DNA of 64,000 bases from an uncultured Verrucomicrobiota bacterium (GCA_913047795.1 CAJWTS010000011.1:5232-69231); one strand, 5' to 3'; shown: positions 43,007 to 53,757, numbered from the stretch's first letter. The notes: generated by a model from the sequence alone, not told the origin. Numbers and translations are program-made.

Positions 43007-44235
43007 GGCGCCGCTTGATCCGTGCTGGCGTTCGTGCCGCGAATGATCGCGGCGAGTTGCTGCGCAACGAGTCCGTGGCCGTGCTCGTTGAAGTGACAGA
43101 AATCGAAGTAGACGTTGTCAGCATCGTTCAGTATGCGCCCGGCTTCGCTGATCTCGACGCTCCTGTCTGCTGCAACCTCGCGCATGATCTCGTTGTAGAC
43201 CACGTCGAGATGGAGCGGCCAGCCTCCATCGTAGGCCTCGTGGACGGCATCCATTTGCCGCGCGTCTTCGGCCTTTCCCGTTTCGTTCATCTGCTCGTAG
43301 GCGCGACTCAAAAACTTGCGTGCCAGGGTGGCATATGTCGCGCTCTCGTCCATCACCGCGGTTAGGATCTTTGTAGCGGAGGCAGCGTCTCCATTCTCGA
43401 TCAACCCGGCAGCGATACGGATTTTACCGACCATGTCAGGATTGTCATTCAGAACCACGAAGATCAGGCGTGCACCGCGCTCGCGAGCGAGGTCCGCGAT
43501 GTTCTGCAGGTTGGCACGGTAGGCGTCCGGCGGTACGCGCGCGATAAACGTCCCGAGATCGTAGGGTGCGTCCTTGTCCTCGTAGGTGATCAGTCCTGTC
43601 TTTGTGGCGGCATATTTCAGGATCTTGAACAGGGCAAGCCGGGTCAGTGGGTGGGGCTGCGTTGGGCGAGCGGCGGTCGCCTTGAAATTGGCCAGGCTAT
43701 CCTGTGCGCCGGGCTCGAGCACGTACCGCCGATCATTGAAATTGAACGACGCGATGATGATCGAAGGATTGAGCTGCTCGGCCCAGAGCTGCAGCGTCTG
43801 AAGGCCTTGCAGGGACGAGTACCCCGGGAAGGCCAGGTTGATGACGGCGTGTGACGGCAGCAAGCGGTCCAGTTGCTCGGGGTAGCCGTCCTTGTTCAGC
43901 GTCCGAAAGGCAAACGAATTGGAGTCACCGATGATCAGGATGCGGTTGGTGGCGCCCTCATCGAGCTGCTTGCCGTCGATCGCCAGCAGGCCACGGTGGT
44001 CGTACCGGCGTCTGCTCCGGAAGGTGAATCCTTGATATCCCGGTTTCGCCTCCCATCCGCGTTCCGGCGAAAGCTGGACGCCTGACGGGGACTGCAGGTC
44101 GGGGACCGGCACCAGGTCGGCCTGGATCGAGATGAGGATCCGTGCGCCGCATTCGGCAAGGATCAGCAGGACCACGGCAACCGCGAGGCCGCCCAGGATT
44201 TTTCGGACTGGGTGGGTCTTGTGCATGGCGTTCAA
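43003..44235 (-). CDS. membrane-anchored SGNH/GDSL-like hydrolase family protein (paralog B)
   Basis: TM anchor. Blocks ILIIGDSNSFAF, AFPGYSS, FNDRRY and C-terminal DFCHFNEHGH. Confidence 0.5.
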   Translation of the reverse strand: MNAMHKTHPVRKILGGLAVAVVLLILAECGARILISIQADLVPVPDLQSPSGVQLSPERGWEAKPGYQGFTFRSRRRYDHRGLLAIDGKQLDEGATNRILIIGDSNSFAFRTLNKDGYPEQLDRLLPSHAVINLAFPGYSSLQGLQTLQLWAEQLNPSIIIASFNFNDRRYVLEPGAQDSLANFKATAARPTQPHPLTRLALFKILKYAATKTGLITYEDKDAPYDLGTFIARVPPDAYRANLQNIADLARERGARLIFVVLNDNPDMVGKIRIAAGLIENGDAASATKILTAVMDESATYATLARKFLSRAYEQMNETGKAEDARQMDAVHEAYDGGWPLHLDVVYNEIMREVAADRSVEISEAGRILNDADNVYFDFCHFNEHGHGLVAQQLAAIIRGTNASTDQAAP

Positions 44236-44328
44236 TTGGCTTCCGATCGTTGCACAGGCGCGCTCATTTGACCATTCCGTTGTGCCCTTGACGGTAGGTG
44301 CTGATGTGCGTGAGCATAGTGTTCACCG

Positions 44329-45462
44329 ATGAAGATCGCATCTAAGATTCGTGGCGTCTTGCCCGGCTGTATTGTTGTCGGCGCACTGCTGCTGGCATAC
44401 GTGCCGCACATCCTGTCGCATAACGTGCGCAGTCATGATTTCCTGAAGGGAGACTGCTATTACTATAAGACCATGATCGTGTCCATGCTCGAGGACGGCG
44501 ACCTAGTCATGAGTAACAATATCGGGAAGGGAATCGATCCGCTGAACGGGTTTCTTGCGCTGGGCAAGGATGACGACCTGGAGCGGTTGGTTCCCAAGCA
44601 TCCGATCCTGCTGCCGGTGGTATCCCTGCCGTTTTATGCCGTCCTGGGCAGCGTGGGGCTGCTTCTCTTCAACCTGCTTGTCATTGTCGCCGTCTTCCTT
44701 GTGATGTATGGGATCCTCCGCTTGTTCTACGACACATGGATAGCGGTCGCGACGAGTGTGCTGTTCGGGGTCGCGACGCTCTTCCTTAACTACAGCTACA
44801 ACTATTCCCCTGACGCCTTTTCAACGCTCATCTTTCTGGCGGGCCTGTACTGCGCGTTCCTGCGCCGGCATGGGGCGGCCGGATTACTGCTTGGTCTCGC
44901 GATATTCGCGAAGCTTCCCAATCTGCCACTGGTGATTGTTGTGACCGGATATGTCGCCTGGGATCTCTTGCTGCGCGCGGAGCCCGGCCGCCGCGCGCAC
45001 GGCATGGGCCGGTTCGCCCTGTTTGTCCTCTGTCTGGGCGTGGCGTTGATTCCACTCGCCTGGTCGAACCAGGCGCTCTACGGCGCGCCGTGGATTTTCG
45101 GCTATCATCGTGAGATCACCGCCGCGGGACTGGACGACCATGTCGGAAATTTCAACCAGCCCTTTGTACGGGGCTTCGTTCGCCTGTTGATCGATGGCGA
45201 ACACGGGCTGCTGACGACCAACCCGATCTTGCTCGTCTCGGGCGTCGGACTGGCCTGTCTGTGGCGCCGTTCGGGTCGCGCGGAACTGGTTGTGATCGGC
45301 CTATTGTGTCTGGCGCAACTTGCGTTCTTCGCGTCGTACGACGAGTGGAATCACAGCCACTTCAGCAATCGCTTTCTCATGACAACCGTCGCCCTGTCTT
45401 CCGTATTCGCTGCCGCCGTTCTCGAGCGTGTGGTTCGCGTCTTCGCGCCACCCATGGAGTGA
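44329..45462 (+). CDS. putative GT-C-type polytopic membrane glycosyltransferase (ArnT/PMT-like)
   Basis: 377 aa with ~10 TM helices and an early periplasmic-loop acidic motif (MLEDGDL). Family assignment is tentative. Confidence 0.35.
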   Translation: MKIASKIRGVLPGCIVVGALLLAYVPHILSHNVRSHDFLKGDCYYYKTMIVSMLEDGDLVMSNNIGKGIDPLNGFLALGKDDDLERLVPKHPILLPVVSLPFYAVLGSVGLLLFNLLVIVAVFLVMYGILRLFYDTWIAVATSVLFGVATLFLNYSYNYSPDAFSTLIFLAGLYCAFLRRHGAAGLLLGLAIFAKLPNLPLVIVVTGYVAWDLLLRAEPGRRAHGMGRFALFVLCLGVALIPLAWSNQALYGAPWIFGYHREITAAGLDDHVGNFNQPFVRGFVRLLIDGEHGLLTTNPILLVSGVGLACLWRRSGRAELVVIGLLCLAQLAFFASYDEWNHSHFSNRFLMTTVALSSVFAAAVLERVVRVFAPPME

Positions 45463-45477
45463 TCGCCGCCGCGCGGA

Positions 45478-46326
45478 TCAACGCCTGAGCACAATGAACC
45501 AGTAGTCGCCGTTGGAGAGAACGAGAATGGCCTTGCCGACATAGGCCAAACGCACATTTGGCATTTTGGGATCCGATTTGCCAAACAACAGGTCATGCGT
45601 ACGTTTCTCTCTTCCCGCAGCGTTGACGAAGCGCATGAAGGCCGGTCCGCCTACCGAGGGCAGGTTTTTAACGAACGTTGGTTTAAAGTCGTGGGCGTAG
45701 GCCTGTTTTAGTTCGCGATTCAGGTCGGACGTGCGTCGCATCGCGGAGCTGGAGATGCTGTAGCGCTGATCCGTGATCTTACGGGCTCGATGCATCGGCA
45801 TGCGCAGGTACAGCCACGGTTTGCCGTATCGATCGGCCGCGGGAAAGTCGCCCGCAGGCGAATAGCCGGCAAGTGTTTCCAGGTTCGCCGGGTACTCGAG
45901 TTTATCTTTGTAATATTCCTGGAGGGCGCCGCGCACGGTGCTCAGATCCATGCGCGTTGTCCAGCGCAGGGCCATCGCGTTGCCGGCGGCAGGCAAGGGG
46001 TCGGCGACTTCGGATTCCATTTTGCGATAATGCAACCGGGCCGCACCATGATCCCCGCGCCGCAATTCATGCCACGCGCATATGCCGCGGGCGACGTTGA
46101 CAAGGGGCACGGCACGATTGGCAGCTTCGAAAGCGTGGCATTGTTCGATGACCCGCGCGGATGCTTCGGTTTGCGCGAGGTGGTTGGTCCAGAGCGACCA
46201 GAGCTGTCTTTCAATCTGGCCCGACGCGCTGGAGGCGCTTAGCACGAGGGCCAGCACCAGGGCGGCGTGGCGCATCGGCGCATGGCGGGACCGCACTCCC
46301 AGCCTTCGCTTACTGCGTAATCGCAT
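45478..46326 (-). CDS. hypothetical secreted protein
   Basis: Signal peptide (MRHAALVLALVLSASSASG); no recognisable domain. The start may be the internal Met at 46275. Confidence 0.4.
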   Translation of the reverse strand: MRLRSKRRLGVRSRHAPMRHAALVLALVLSASSASGQIERQLWSLWTNHLAQTEASARVIEQCHAFEAANRAVPLVNVARGICAWHELRRGDHGAARLHYRKMESEVADPLPAAGNAMALRWTTRMDLSTVRGALQEYYKDKLEYPANLETLAGYSPAGDFPAADRYGKPWLYLRMPMHRARKITDQRYSISSSAMRRTSDLNRELKQAYAHDFKPTFVKNLPSVGGPAFMRFVNAAGREKRTHDLLFGKSDPKMPNVRLAYVGKAILVLSNGDYWFIVLRR

Positions 46327-47854
46327 AAAGCAGAATGTTCTGACCCAGGGCCGTCGCGCCGCTCGCGTCGTAGGAATGCGAGTACGGATTCGGGGAGAGT
46401 TCCCATCCGCCCGCCAGGCCGTAGCGGCTGTAGATCACGGCGTAGTGCCCGTCAATCTTGATACCCAGAAGGTGCGGCCGCACGGATGATTGATTTTTAA
46501 GTTTGGCGGCGAGCGCATGTGTCACGCCGACTCGTTCGATGTTATTCGGGTAGCTGAAGATCTGGTGGTTCGCGGGGACGGGGGCCAGTTCCTTGCCGGG
46601 CAATACGCCACGCAGGATTTTACGGAACGAGGCGTCGAAACCCTGGCGGCCGCAGCAGGCCTCGGCGAAGACCGTGCCGCCGTTGAGCAGGTATTGCCGC
46701 AGCATCTTGGCTTCGTTGATGTTCAGTTTGAATTGTTCATGGCCCGTGATGTACAGCAGCGGTGTCTCGAACAGTGTCGGTGCGGACAGCCGGAATTCCT
46801 TGTGTCCGTACTTGACCGGTATGTCCGTGCTGCGGTTGAACTGGCGCATCAGGATCGAGAGTGCCTTGTGGCGTGTCTTCCACTCGCCGTCGTACATGGC
46901 TTGCCCGATGAACATCTTGCCCGCGTACGCGGCCTCGCTGTCGACGAACTCCAGGGTGTTGACCGCTTTCTTGCTCCACGCGCGTTGTGCCGTGGCGTAG
47001 GCCATCACGTTGACTCCGAGCCGTCGCGCGGATTCTTCCTTGTAGCATTGATAGGCGTCGGCTCCCTTGCCGGCCCATCCGGCCGAAAGGCCATAGCGCG
47101 AAATCACGGCGACGGTGCGGCAGTTGATCGTGATGCCGTCGAAGTGCGGAGCTGAACTCCTGTATCCACCTTTGCGTACGCCGTCATAGTAATCGACCCG
47201 CCCGATATCGTAGTACGAGTGATAGATCGGATGATCGGCGGAGAGTTGTTGCAGTTGTGCCTCCGGAAAGATGACCTTCAACTCCTCGGCCGCGGATCGG
47301 TAGAAGGGTAGGGAGCCCAGTCCGGTGTTGAACAGAATGAAACCGCCATCGAGAAGGTACTTGCGCATCTTGGCCCGCTCGGCTGCTGTCATGCTGAAGC
47401 GGAAATGACCGGTACGATACAGGATCGGGTTCTTGTCGGGCTCGGGACTGACCTCGGCCCAGCGGCGCACCTCGTAATCGAAATTCGCGTCGACGGACTC
47501 CTTCATGTTCTTGAGCAGCATGGGCAGGTCGTTGGGATAGACCGACCAGTCGATCGGGCTGAATTTGGACTGAATCTTGGTGAACATGACGGGTGGCGAT
47601 GGCGGGTTCTTCGCTTCGGCACGCGATTGTGGAACGATCGGCGGCCCCGGAAAGGGCACCCAGGTTTCGGCCGATGCGATGTTCTTCGGCGGTGGAGGCG
47701 GTGGCGATGGCTTGACCGGTGGCGGTACGAAGCCGGATTCGTTTTGTCCGCCGCCGTGAGCCTGGGCCCGGGTCAGACTGGGGAAGAGCAGGGCCGCGCT
47801 CAACAGGACGGTCATCGCGAGCGTTGCGGGAGTCGGTCTCGGCGGGCGATTCAT
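46310..47854 (-). CDS. secreted tandem DUF4159 domain protein with proline-rich linker
   Basis: GAGGAAA RBS before ATG 47854. Signal peptide, PPPVKPSPPPPPPK linker, and two GATase1-like DUF4159 repeats (GGFILFNTG..., GGTVFAEACCG...). Confidence 0.6.
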   Translation of the reverse strand: MNRPPRPTPATLAMTVLLSAALLFPSLTRAQAHGGGQNESGFVPPPVKPSPPPPPPKNIASAETWVPFPGPPIVPQSRAEAKNPPSPPVMFTKIQSKFSPIDWSVYPNDLPMLLKNMKESVDANFDYEVRRWAEVSPEPDKNPILYRTGHFRFSMTAAERAKMRKYLLDGGFILFNTGLGSLPFYRSAAEELKVIFPEAQLQQLSADHPIYHSYYDIGRVDYYDGVRKGGYRSSAPHFDGITINCRTVAVISRYGLSAGWAGKGADAYQCYKEESARRLGVNVMAYATAQRAWSKKAVNTLEFVDSEAAYAGKMFIGQAMYDGEWKTRHKALSILMRQFNRSTDIPVKYGHKEFRLSAPTLFETPLLYITGHEQFKLNINEAKMLRQYLLNGGTVFAEACCGRQGFDASFRKILRGVLPGKELAPVPANHQIFSYPNNIERVGVTHALAAKLKNQSSVRPHLLGIKIDGHYAVIYSRYGLAGGWELSPNPYSHSYDASGATALGQNILLYAITQ

Positions 47855-47924
47855 GCGTTTCCTCAAGCGCCATTGTTTGCCAGTGCGCTGGGCATGTCTA
47901 CCCGAAAGTGGGTGACGGAATATA

Positions 47925-48422
47925 TCAGTTAGCCGGTCCGACGGCATTGGGTACGACTTCGTTCAGAAATTCGCCTTCGCGCTTTGGCGCGTTACGGTCT
48001 TTGTGCTTCAGTATGGCCGGATCCATCAGCACGGTATTGGGCGTGGGGGTTCCGATTCGCTTGATGCGTCCCTTGCCGGCTACTGCTTCGCCCTTCTTGA
48101 GTTCCGCGGCCAGGGCTCGCGAACGTGACTTCTTGACGACCAGCACGACCCGCATGTCGGAACCCGGTTCGCTGGTCACGAGCGTGAAGGCGCCCGTGAT
48201 TGGCTTGTCTTTCTGGATCTGCGACACGGTGAGATAGCGAAACTGGTAGAGCACGTTCTTTTCGGTTGTCGAGTCGCGTAGTTGCGCGCGCATGCGATCT
48301 GATTTCGCCAGCGTGTAGTCGAGACAGAATTCGTTGAGATTGCGTACCTCGCCCGCGACCGCACCGGTCGCGGCAAGAACGATTACGAATATGAGCGTCG
48401 CACGTGTCCCATGCATGTCCAT
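47925..48422 (-). CDS. hypothetical secreted protein
   Basis: 165 aa with a signal peptide (TLIFVIVLAATGAVAG). Confidence 0.4.
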   Translation of the reverse strand: MDMHGTRATLIFVIVLAATGAVAGEVRNLNEFCLDYTLAKSDRMRAQLRDSTTEKNVLYQFRYLTVSQIQKDKPITGAFTLVTSEPGSDMRVVLVVKKSRSRALAAELKKGEAVAGKGRIKRIGTPTPNTVLMDPAILKHKDRNAPKREGEFLNEVVPNAVGPAN

Positions 48423-48556
48423 AGCGTACCCTCCGATGGTGGCGAACTCAAGCGGGCGGCGGCAAATTCCTCGACTTGCGGCATCTATCGGGGCACCCTG
48501 ATTTCAGGTCGGGGCACCGGCCGGAAAGGTATGCAGGAGCTCGTACATGATCAATT

Positions 48557-49777
48557 TTGGAGTCAGGAGTTCGCGCAATCGTGACTGACGCAACCGAAAA
48601 GGGACGTCCGTTGTGCCTGCGGCGTATCGCGTTCGGGACGGTACTGCTAGTGGTCGTGCCGCTCGTCCTGCTGCTCGTCCTCGAGATCTTCTGCCGGGTC
48701 TGGTTCGCCTACCAGGTGGGCCCCAGCGTGCTCGTGCGTGGCCTGGGCGCGCGTGTTGACAGCCGCTTCGAAGAGGAGTCGGTCGAGAACCATTTCAACG
48801 TCGTCGGTGAATTCGATAAGTATCATCCTCACCAGTCCCGTTACGGGCGTGATCCGAAGTCGAAGGAGCGATTCAAGGTGCGCATCAATAACTGGGGTTA
48901 CCGTGGTGCAGATTTCACAGCGCAGAAGCCGGCGGACACGATCCGGGTTGCGACACTGGGCTCGTCATCCACATTCGGGTTTTACAATCGCGACGAAACG
49001 ACCTATCCGCGTTATCTGGAAGATGCGCTGAATCAACGCTGTCCCGATCAGCGCTACGAGGTGCTGAACCTCGGGATCCCACATCTGCCTGTCTATAATA
49101 TCTATCACCTCTTCATCAACGACGGTGTGGCCTTGCAGCCCGACATCGTGACCCTGTACGAGGGCGGAAACGACAGCGCGGGGTTTTACGGCGTGCAGCT
49201 CTCGCGTCCGCGTCCCGTGCGCGATCGTCTGGGCCGTGTCAAGGCACTGCGTATGGTCGATTACGTTCTCAGCTTTCGTTCCGTCTTCTACCAATTCTGC
49301 AAGAGTGTCTTTGAAGAGCGTGACAATCAGTTTACCCGCGAGGAAGTTGAGCGCCACGCCGAGGGCAAGAGCGAAGATTTCCTGACCTGCGTCGCGAAAA
49401 TTCGAGCTGTTTGTATCGAACACAACGCGCGCTTCATCGTGGCTACGCAGCAGATCAACTCGAGCGGGTATCGGCTGACCGAGGACGCCGCCAAGGCCCG
49501 GCTGACTTATGAAGACGAATGCAGGTACGTGCTTGATAAGATTGAACGCGGCGAACGGGTCTCACGTTATGAAGCGAATCTGTACGTTCATCATGGAATG
49601 ATGCGGGATTTGCGTGCATGGGCGGCGGAGAACGACGTGCCGCTTGCGGATGCGATTTTGGCGCTGGATCATCGGCGCGAAGTACTCGTCAGCTGGTTAC
49701 ACTTAAGCCCGGAGGGGAACCGCATGATTGCGGGGGTGCTGGCCGAGACGATTCTTGCCGATGGTTGCACGCAATGA
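48557..49777 (+). CDS. membrane-anchored SGNH/GDSL-like hydrolase family protein (paralog C)
   Basis: TM anchor. Blocks VATLGSSSTFGF, GGNDSAG and WLHLSPEGN. Confidence 0.5.
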   Translation: MESGVRAIVTDATEKGRPLCLRRIAFGTVLLVVVPLVLLLVLEIFCRVWFAYQVGPSVLVRGLGARVDSRFEEESVENHFNVVGEFDKYHPHQSRYGRDPKSKERFKVRINNWGYRGADFTAQKPADTIRVATLGSSSTFGFYNRDETTYPRYLEDALNQRCPDQRYEVLNLGIPHLPVYNIYHLFINDGVALQPDIVTLYEGGNDSAGFYGVQLSRPRPVRDRLGRVKALRMVDYVLSFRSVFYQFCKSVFEERDNQFTREEVERHAEGKSEDFLTCVAKIRAVCIEHNARFIVATQQINSSGYRLTEDAAKARLTYEDECRYVLDKIERGERVSRYEANLYVHHGMMRDLRAWAAENDVPLADAILALDHRREVLVSWLHLSPEGNRMIAGVLAETILADGCTQ

Positions 49778-49780
49778 TTT

Positions 49781-50947
49781 ATGAACAGGATTGAAAATCG
49801 AAAGTTTTCCGCTCCGCGTGGGTTTTATATACTGTCCTTCGCGGCTGCGCTGGTGCCGGCGTTGATCCTCCTCTTTCGTTTCGGTCGCACATGGATACCG
49901 GTCGTCATCGTGTTGGGCGCCGTCGCAGTGGTGGGCTGGCTGATGCTGCGTCGCTGCGGTCGCGGCACAGCGAGTCTGCTGCTCAGCCTGGCGCTGCTGA
50001 ACCTTCTGGTCGTGGTGCCTGAACTCGTGCTGCGCTTGACGGGTTTTCGATACGCAGCCGGCATACAGTTCGGACATGAGCAGCATGCGCACTTCGATTT
50101 GTATGTGCCGGACGTGGATCTTTTCTGGCGTCTGCCTGCCGGGCGATCCGGAGGAAATCAATGGGGCTTTCCCGGTCATGATCCGGCCGTGCCCAAGCCG
50201 CCGAACCTGTACCGGATCATGTTCCTCGGAGACTCGTGTACGATGCAGGGCTACCCCTACAAGCTGCATGTATCGTTGAATGAGAATCATGCGACGCCGG
50301 ACCGTTCCTTTGATTGCGTGAACATGGCGTTGGCGGGTTATACCTCGTTCCAGGGTCGCCGGGTAACGGATCTGTACGGCGAAAAATTGCAACCGGACCT
50401 GGTGACGGTCTACTTCGGATGGAACGATCATTGGGCGGCATACGGCGCCGCCGATCGCGATAAGAAGATTGATCTTGCGACGCGGCGCATACTGGGTGGG
50501 AGCCGCTTCCTGCAGTTCCTGATGAAAGCGCTTGCCGATACCGGCCTGTCCCGGCCGCAGCCGTTGGATGTGTTTCGCGTATCGATCGCGGACTACGAGG
50601 CGAACCTGCGTTACATCCAGGCCTTCTTCGCGGAACGCGACGTGCCCGTTATTTTCCTGACCGCTCCCACGTCGCATTACCGGCTCGGCGTCCCGGCGAG
50701 GACGATCGAGGAGAAACTGGGCCAAGCGGCGGCCGGGATTCAAGAGGCGCATCGCGCCTATAACGATGTGGTGCGCCGGGTTGCCGAACAGACCCAATCC
50801 GAATTGATCGACTTGGAGCAGCATTTCGAGGCCGAAGCAGCGATCGAGCCCTTCTTCACGGCGGACGGCATTCACCTGACCGATCGCGGACTGGCGCGGA
50901 TTGCAGCGCAGATTGAACGCCACCTGATGCGGCGTCTCGAACGCTAG
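49781..50947 (+). CDS. membrane-anchored SGNH/GDSL-like hydrolase family protein (paralog D)
   Basis: Two N-terminal TM helices. Blocks IMFLGDSCTMQGY, ALAGYTSFQ, GWNDHW and DGIHLTDRG. Confidence 0.5.
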   Translation: MNRIENRKFSAPRGFYILSFAAALVPALILLFRFGRTWIPVVIVLGAVAVVGWLMLRRCGRGTASLLLSLALLNLLVVVPELVLRLTGFRYAAGIQFGHEQHAHFDLYVPDVDLFWRLPAGRSGGNQWGFPGHDPAVPKPPNLYRIMFLGDSCTMQGYPYKLHVSLNENHATPDRSFDCVNMALAGYTSFQGRRVTDLYGEKLQPDLVTVYFGWNDHWAAYGAADRDKKIDLATRRILGGSRFLQFLMKALADTGLSRPQPLDVFRVSIADYEANLRYIQAFFAERDVPVIFLTAPTSHYRLGVPARTIEEKLGQAAAGIQEAHRAYNDVVRRVAEQTQSELIDLEQHFEAEAAIEPFFTADGIHLTDRGLARIAAQIERHLMRRLER

Positions 50948-51128
50948 ACGGAGCCGGCCAGACCAACAACAGAGGCCACAATGTGCTGCCATTTGGGCTT
51001 CATGTTCTACCCCTTTTTCTCAAAACCGAACATTGAGGTAACCTTTTTCTGGAAGCGGAGCGTTCGGAAATGCGGTTCGCCTATTTGTTCGACTCCTAGT
51101 GTGACAAGTTGTCGATGCGCGATAACCG

Positions 51129-51986
51129 CTATTCCGCCAGGAGCTCACGTACGATGTCGGCGTTCATGCCGACCTGATCCGCGTGCCGCTGGTACATTCC
51201 GACGTTGACGATGTCGGTCTGCTTGATCCGGTCGAAGGCAAACTTGAACGCGGCACGAATGTTTTCGGGCGTGTCGCACTTGCGCGCGGCGGCAAGAATC
51301 TTGTAGGCGATGCAGGGCTTGTCGGTGAACCGAGTGAACGCACAGGTCACTTCTCGGTCCTCGTCGTCGAATGGCTCTTCGGCCTGCTCGCCTTTGGCGA
51401 CCAGGTCACGATCAACCTTTGCCAGGTGGTAGAAGCAAGACATATAGAAGTCGATGTCCCAATCCTTGTCTTCGACGTAGCGCAGGATTTCCGGTAAATG
51501 CGCCGCAATGCCCACCATGGCGCCGGTATCGCGCATCGCCTTGAGATAATCCTCCACCTGATCGAATGTCCCGTTTTTCCAGTGCTGATCACTCATTGAG
51601 CCGTGGAAGTAGATCCCAATCGGGTCGAGGCTCGCAATGTCGCGGATGTTCTCGAACGGGTCCGGATGTTCACCCGCCGTCTGGCATATCCAGTTCATCG
51701 TGCCACCCCGCGCGCGATAGGCGCGGACCCTTTCGAAAATGATCTCATCGCCGCGAGTCTGCACCGTATTGATGCCGCACGCCTCGCTACGAAACCAGGT
51801 GGCGAGCGTGTTTTCGACCGAATGATATTCGCGCATCTCCGCATCGAGGTCGGCGCTGCGATGGGAGTAGCCGCGTATCGGGTTGCCGCCGATAATCAGT
51901 CGGGTGATATCGTGTTTGCCGAAACGAACAGTCGGCAGCGTTGCAGTGGCGGTGGTGCGCATAGAGGTCTCCGTGTCTTTGGCCAA
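51129..51986 (-). CDS. hypothetical protein
   Basis: 285 aa ORF with protein-like composition. No family recognised. Confidence 0.4.
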   Translation of the reverse strand: MAKDTETSMRTTATATLPTVRFGKHDITRLIIGGNPIRGYSHRSADLDAEMREYHSVENTLATWFRSEACGINTVQTRGDEIIFERVRAYRARGGTMNWICQTAGEHPDPFENIRDIASLDPIGIYFHGSMSDQHWKNGTFDQVEDYLKAMRDTGAMVGIAAHLPEILRYVEDKDWDIDFYMSCFYHLAKVDRDLVAKGEQAEEPFDDEDREVTCAFTRFTDKPCIAYKILAAARKCDTPENIRAAFKFAFDRIKQTDIVNVGMYQRHADQVGMNADIVRELLAE

Positions 51987-51988
51987 CG

Positions 51989-52996
51989 CTACGGGTCACG
52001 CGCGGCGGGTACGCCATCGCGTGGACCCGTTTGTTCGACGAGGGGTCTATCGACTCGTTGTTTCGTTTCGGAATCTTCTGATGAGATGACGAGAACCAGC
52101 CCTGGCATGAGCCAGATTAAGGCCGGCATGTAGTACCTGATCTCATGCCACATGGAGGTGAAAAAATGAAGAAGAAGCCACGGAACGCAACATGAGGCGA
52201 GTCGCCAATACGGTGCCGGTATTCGCCTTGCGCCGAGGAGCAAGAGGAAGGCGGGAGAGAGCATCAGCAGAAGGTCCATGTTGCCGACAGAGACACTCAA
52301 GTTTCGCGACAGGTACTTGAGGATATCAAGAAGATTTTCTGTGGTAGGCCAAATCAGCCGCAGGCCAAGAAAGACCAGAACCCAAGCTGCTGCAGAAAGG
52401 AGAAGCCATGTGCACTCTGATCGCCTAATTTGTGGGAGCCAGTAAAGGGCATAGGCATAAGGGATAAAGCACATGGTTTCTCTGTTCAGAGTACCCAGTA
52501 GAACTAGCGGAAGGAGTCCCGCGGGCCTCCGTGACAAGGTGGCGAGCAGCCCCAGACCAAAGAACGCCATTTCCAACACAGACGTCGGCTGATAGTAATA
52601 GTACCTGTATGTAAAGGGGATAAAAGCGGCTAGGGCTGTGGATGCAAGAGCAGCGGTTCTGTCTGGCCAAGCAAGGCGGAGTGCCAGAAATACAGCTAGA
52701 AAGGTTGCGAATATTGAAAGAAACCTGATTGCAGCGTAGATGCCCAGGAACAGAATCTTGTACATCTTGGTTCCAGGTTCAGTTCCCGACAAGCGGATCG
52801 TGATTTCAACCACAATTGGTTGTAGAACACGAAACTGATATGGAGCGGGTGCGGTGTGTGTAACGATGGCATGGTGGAGTCTCTGTTGGTCTTTGAACTT
52901 GGGCAGGTCTATCGCGTCGAGATGCATGCGCGTTCCGATTGCAGCAAGTATGACGAACCATATTATGATCGCCAGAAACGGGCGTTGGCGTTTCAT
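51989..52996 (-). CDS. hypothetical polytopic membrane protein (lower-GC gene)
   Basis: 335 aa with ~9 TM helices. GC is visibly lower than its neighbours. Confidence 0.4.
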   Translation of the reverse strand: MKRQRPFLAIIIWFVILAAIGTRMHLDAIDLPKFKDQQRLHHAIVTHTAPAPYQFRVLQPIVVEITIRLSGTEPGTKMYKILFLGIYAAIRFLSIFATFLAVFLALRLAWPDRTAALASTALAAFIPFTYRYYYYQPTSVLEMAFFGLGLLATLSRRPAGLLPLVLLGTLNRETMCFIPYAYALYWLPQIRRSECTWLLLSAAAWVLVFLGLRLIWPTTENLLDILKYLSRNLSVSVGNMDLLLMLSPAFLLLLGARRIPAPYWRLASCCVPWLLLHFFTSMWHEIRYYMPALIWLMPGLVLVISSEDSETKQRVDRPLVEQTGPRDGVPAARDP

Positions 52997-53757
52997 CTCT
53001 TCCTCCGTCGAACGCGAAGCTCAGGTGCGCGCGGCTCTGACGCGTCGCCTGCAGCGCTTGGTTGGGGGGCATGCACCGCCAGTTCCGCCAGAACACCGTC
53101 GGTTGTCTCGACACGTCCAAAGATACGTGCATGCATCAGTAGGGCCTCATCATGGGCGCGTTGGGTGAATGTCGCACAGGCATCTTCGCACAGGAGACTG
53201 TTGTAGCCTAGTTCCGCCGCAGCGCGGGCGGTTCCTAAGACGCACGCATCGGTCAGGATTCCCGTAATGACAAGGCTCCGGATGCCCATGTTCCGCAGAG
53301 CGTGATCAAGAAGACTGGCTGTGAACCCGCCGGAGGTGAGCTTGTCGACCACAAGGTCCGCCTCACCGGGGGACAACCTCTCGTCGATTTGGTAGCCGGG
53401 GCTGTCTCGATGCGATCTTGGCCCTCCGGCAGAGAAGTTCGCTTTCAGACGTTCCGTCATCTCGTCGCCGGAAGGCGTCACGTTGCCGTTACGAGTAAAC
53501 ACGATCTTTCGATTCTGACGCCGGAACAGTCCCATGAGTCGCCGGATATTCGGAACCACTGTCTCGTCAATACGCCGGTTCCAGTAACTGACGATCTGCG
53601 GATAGTGGGTGGCCAAAGGAGAATCCGGCTCGACCGTCATCTGGTCGGATTGCATGTCGACCACGATAAGTGCGGTCGACTTGGCATCGAGCACAAAGTC
53701 GGCGCTCATCACATCGAACGGCCATTCCGAATCGAGCTTCCGAGGATTCCATTTCAT
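52993..53757 (-). CDS. isochorismatase-family cysteine hydrolase
   Basis: ALIVVDMQ N-terminal motif and ITGILTDACV catalytic-Cys motif. Start chosen at Met 53757. Confidence 0.7.
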   Translation of the reverse strand: MKWNPRKLDSEWPFDVMSADFVLDAKSTALIVVDMQSDQMTVEPDSPLATHYPQIVSYWNRRIDETVVPNIRRLMGLFRRQNRKIVFTRNGNVTPSGDEMTERLKANFSAGGPRSHRDSPGYQIDERLSPGEADLVVDKLTSGGFTASLLDHALRNMGIRSLVITGILTDACVLGTARAAAELGYNSLLCEDACATFTQRAHDEALLMHARIFGRVETTDGVLAELAVHAPQPSAAGDASEPRAPELRVRRRKR

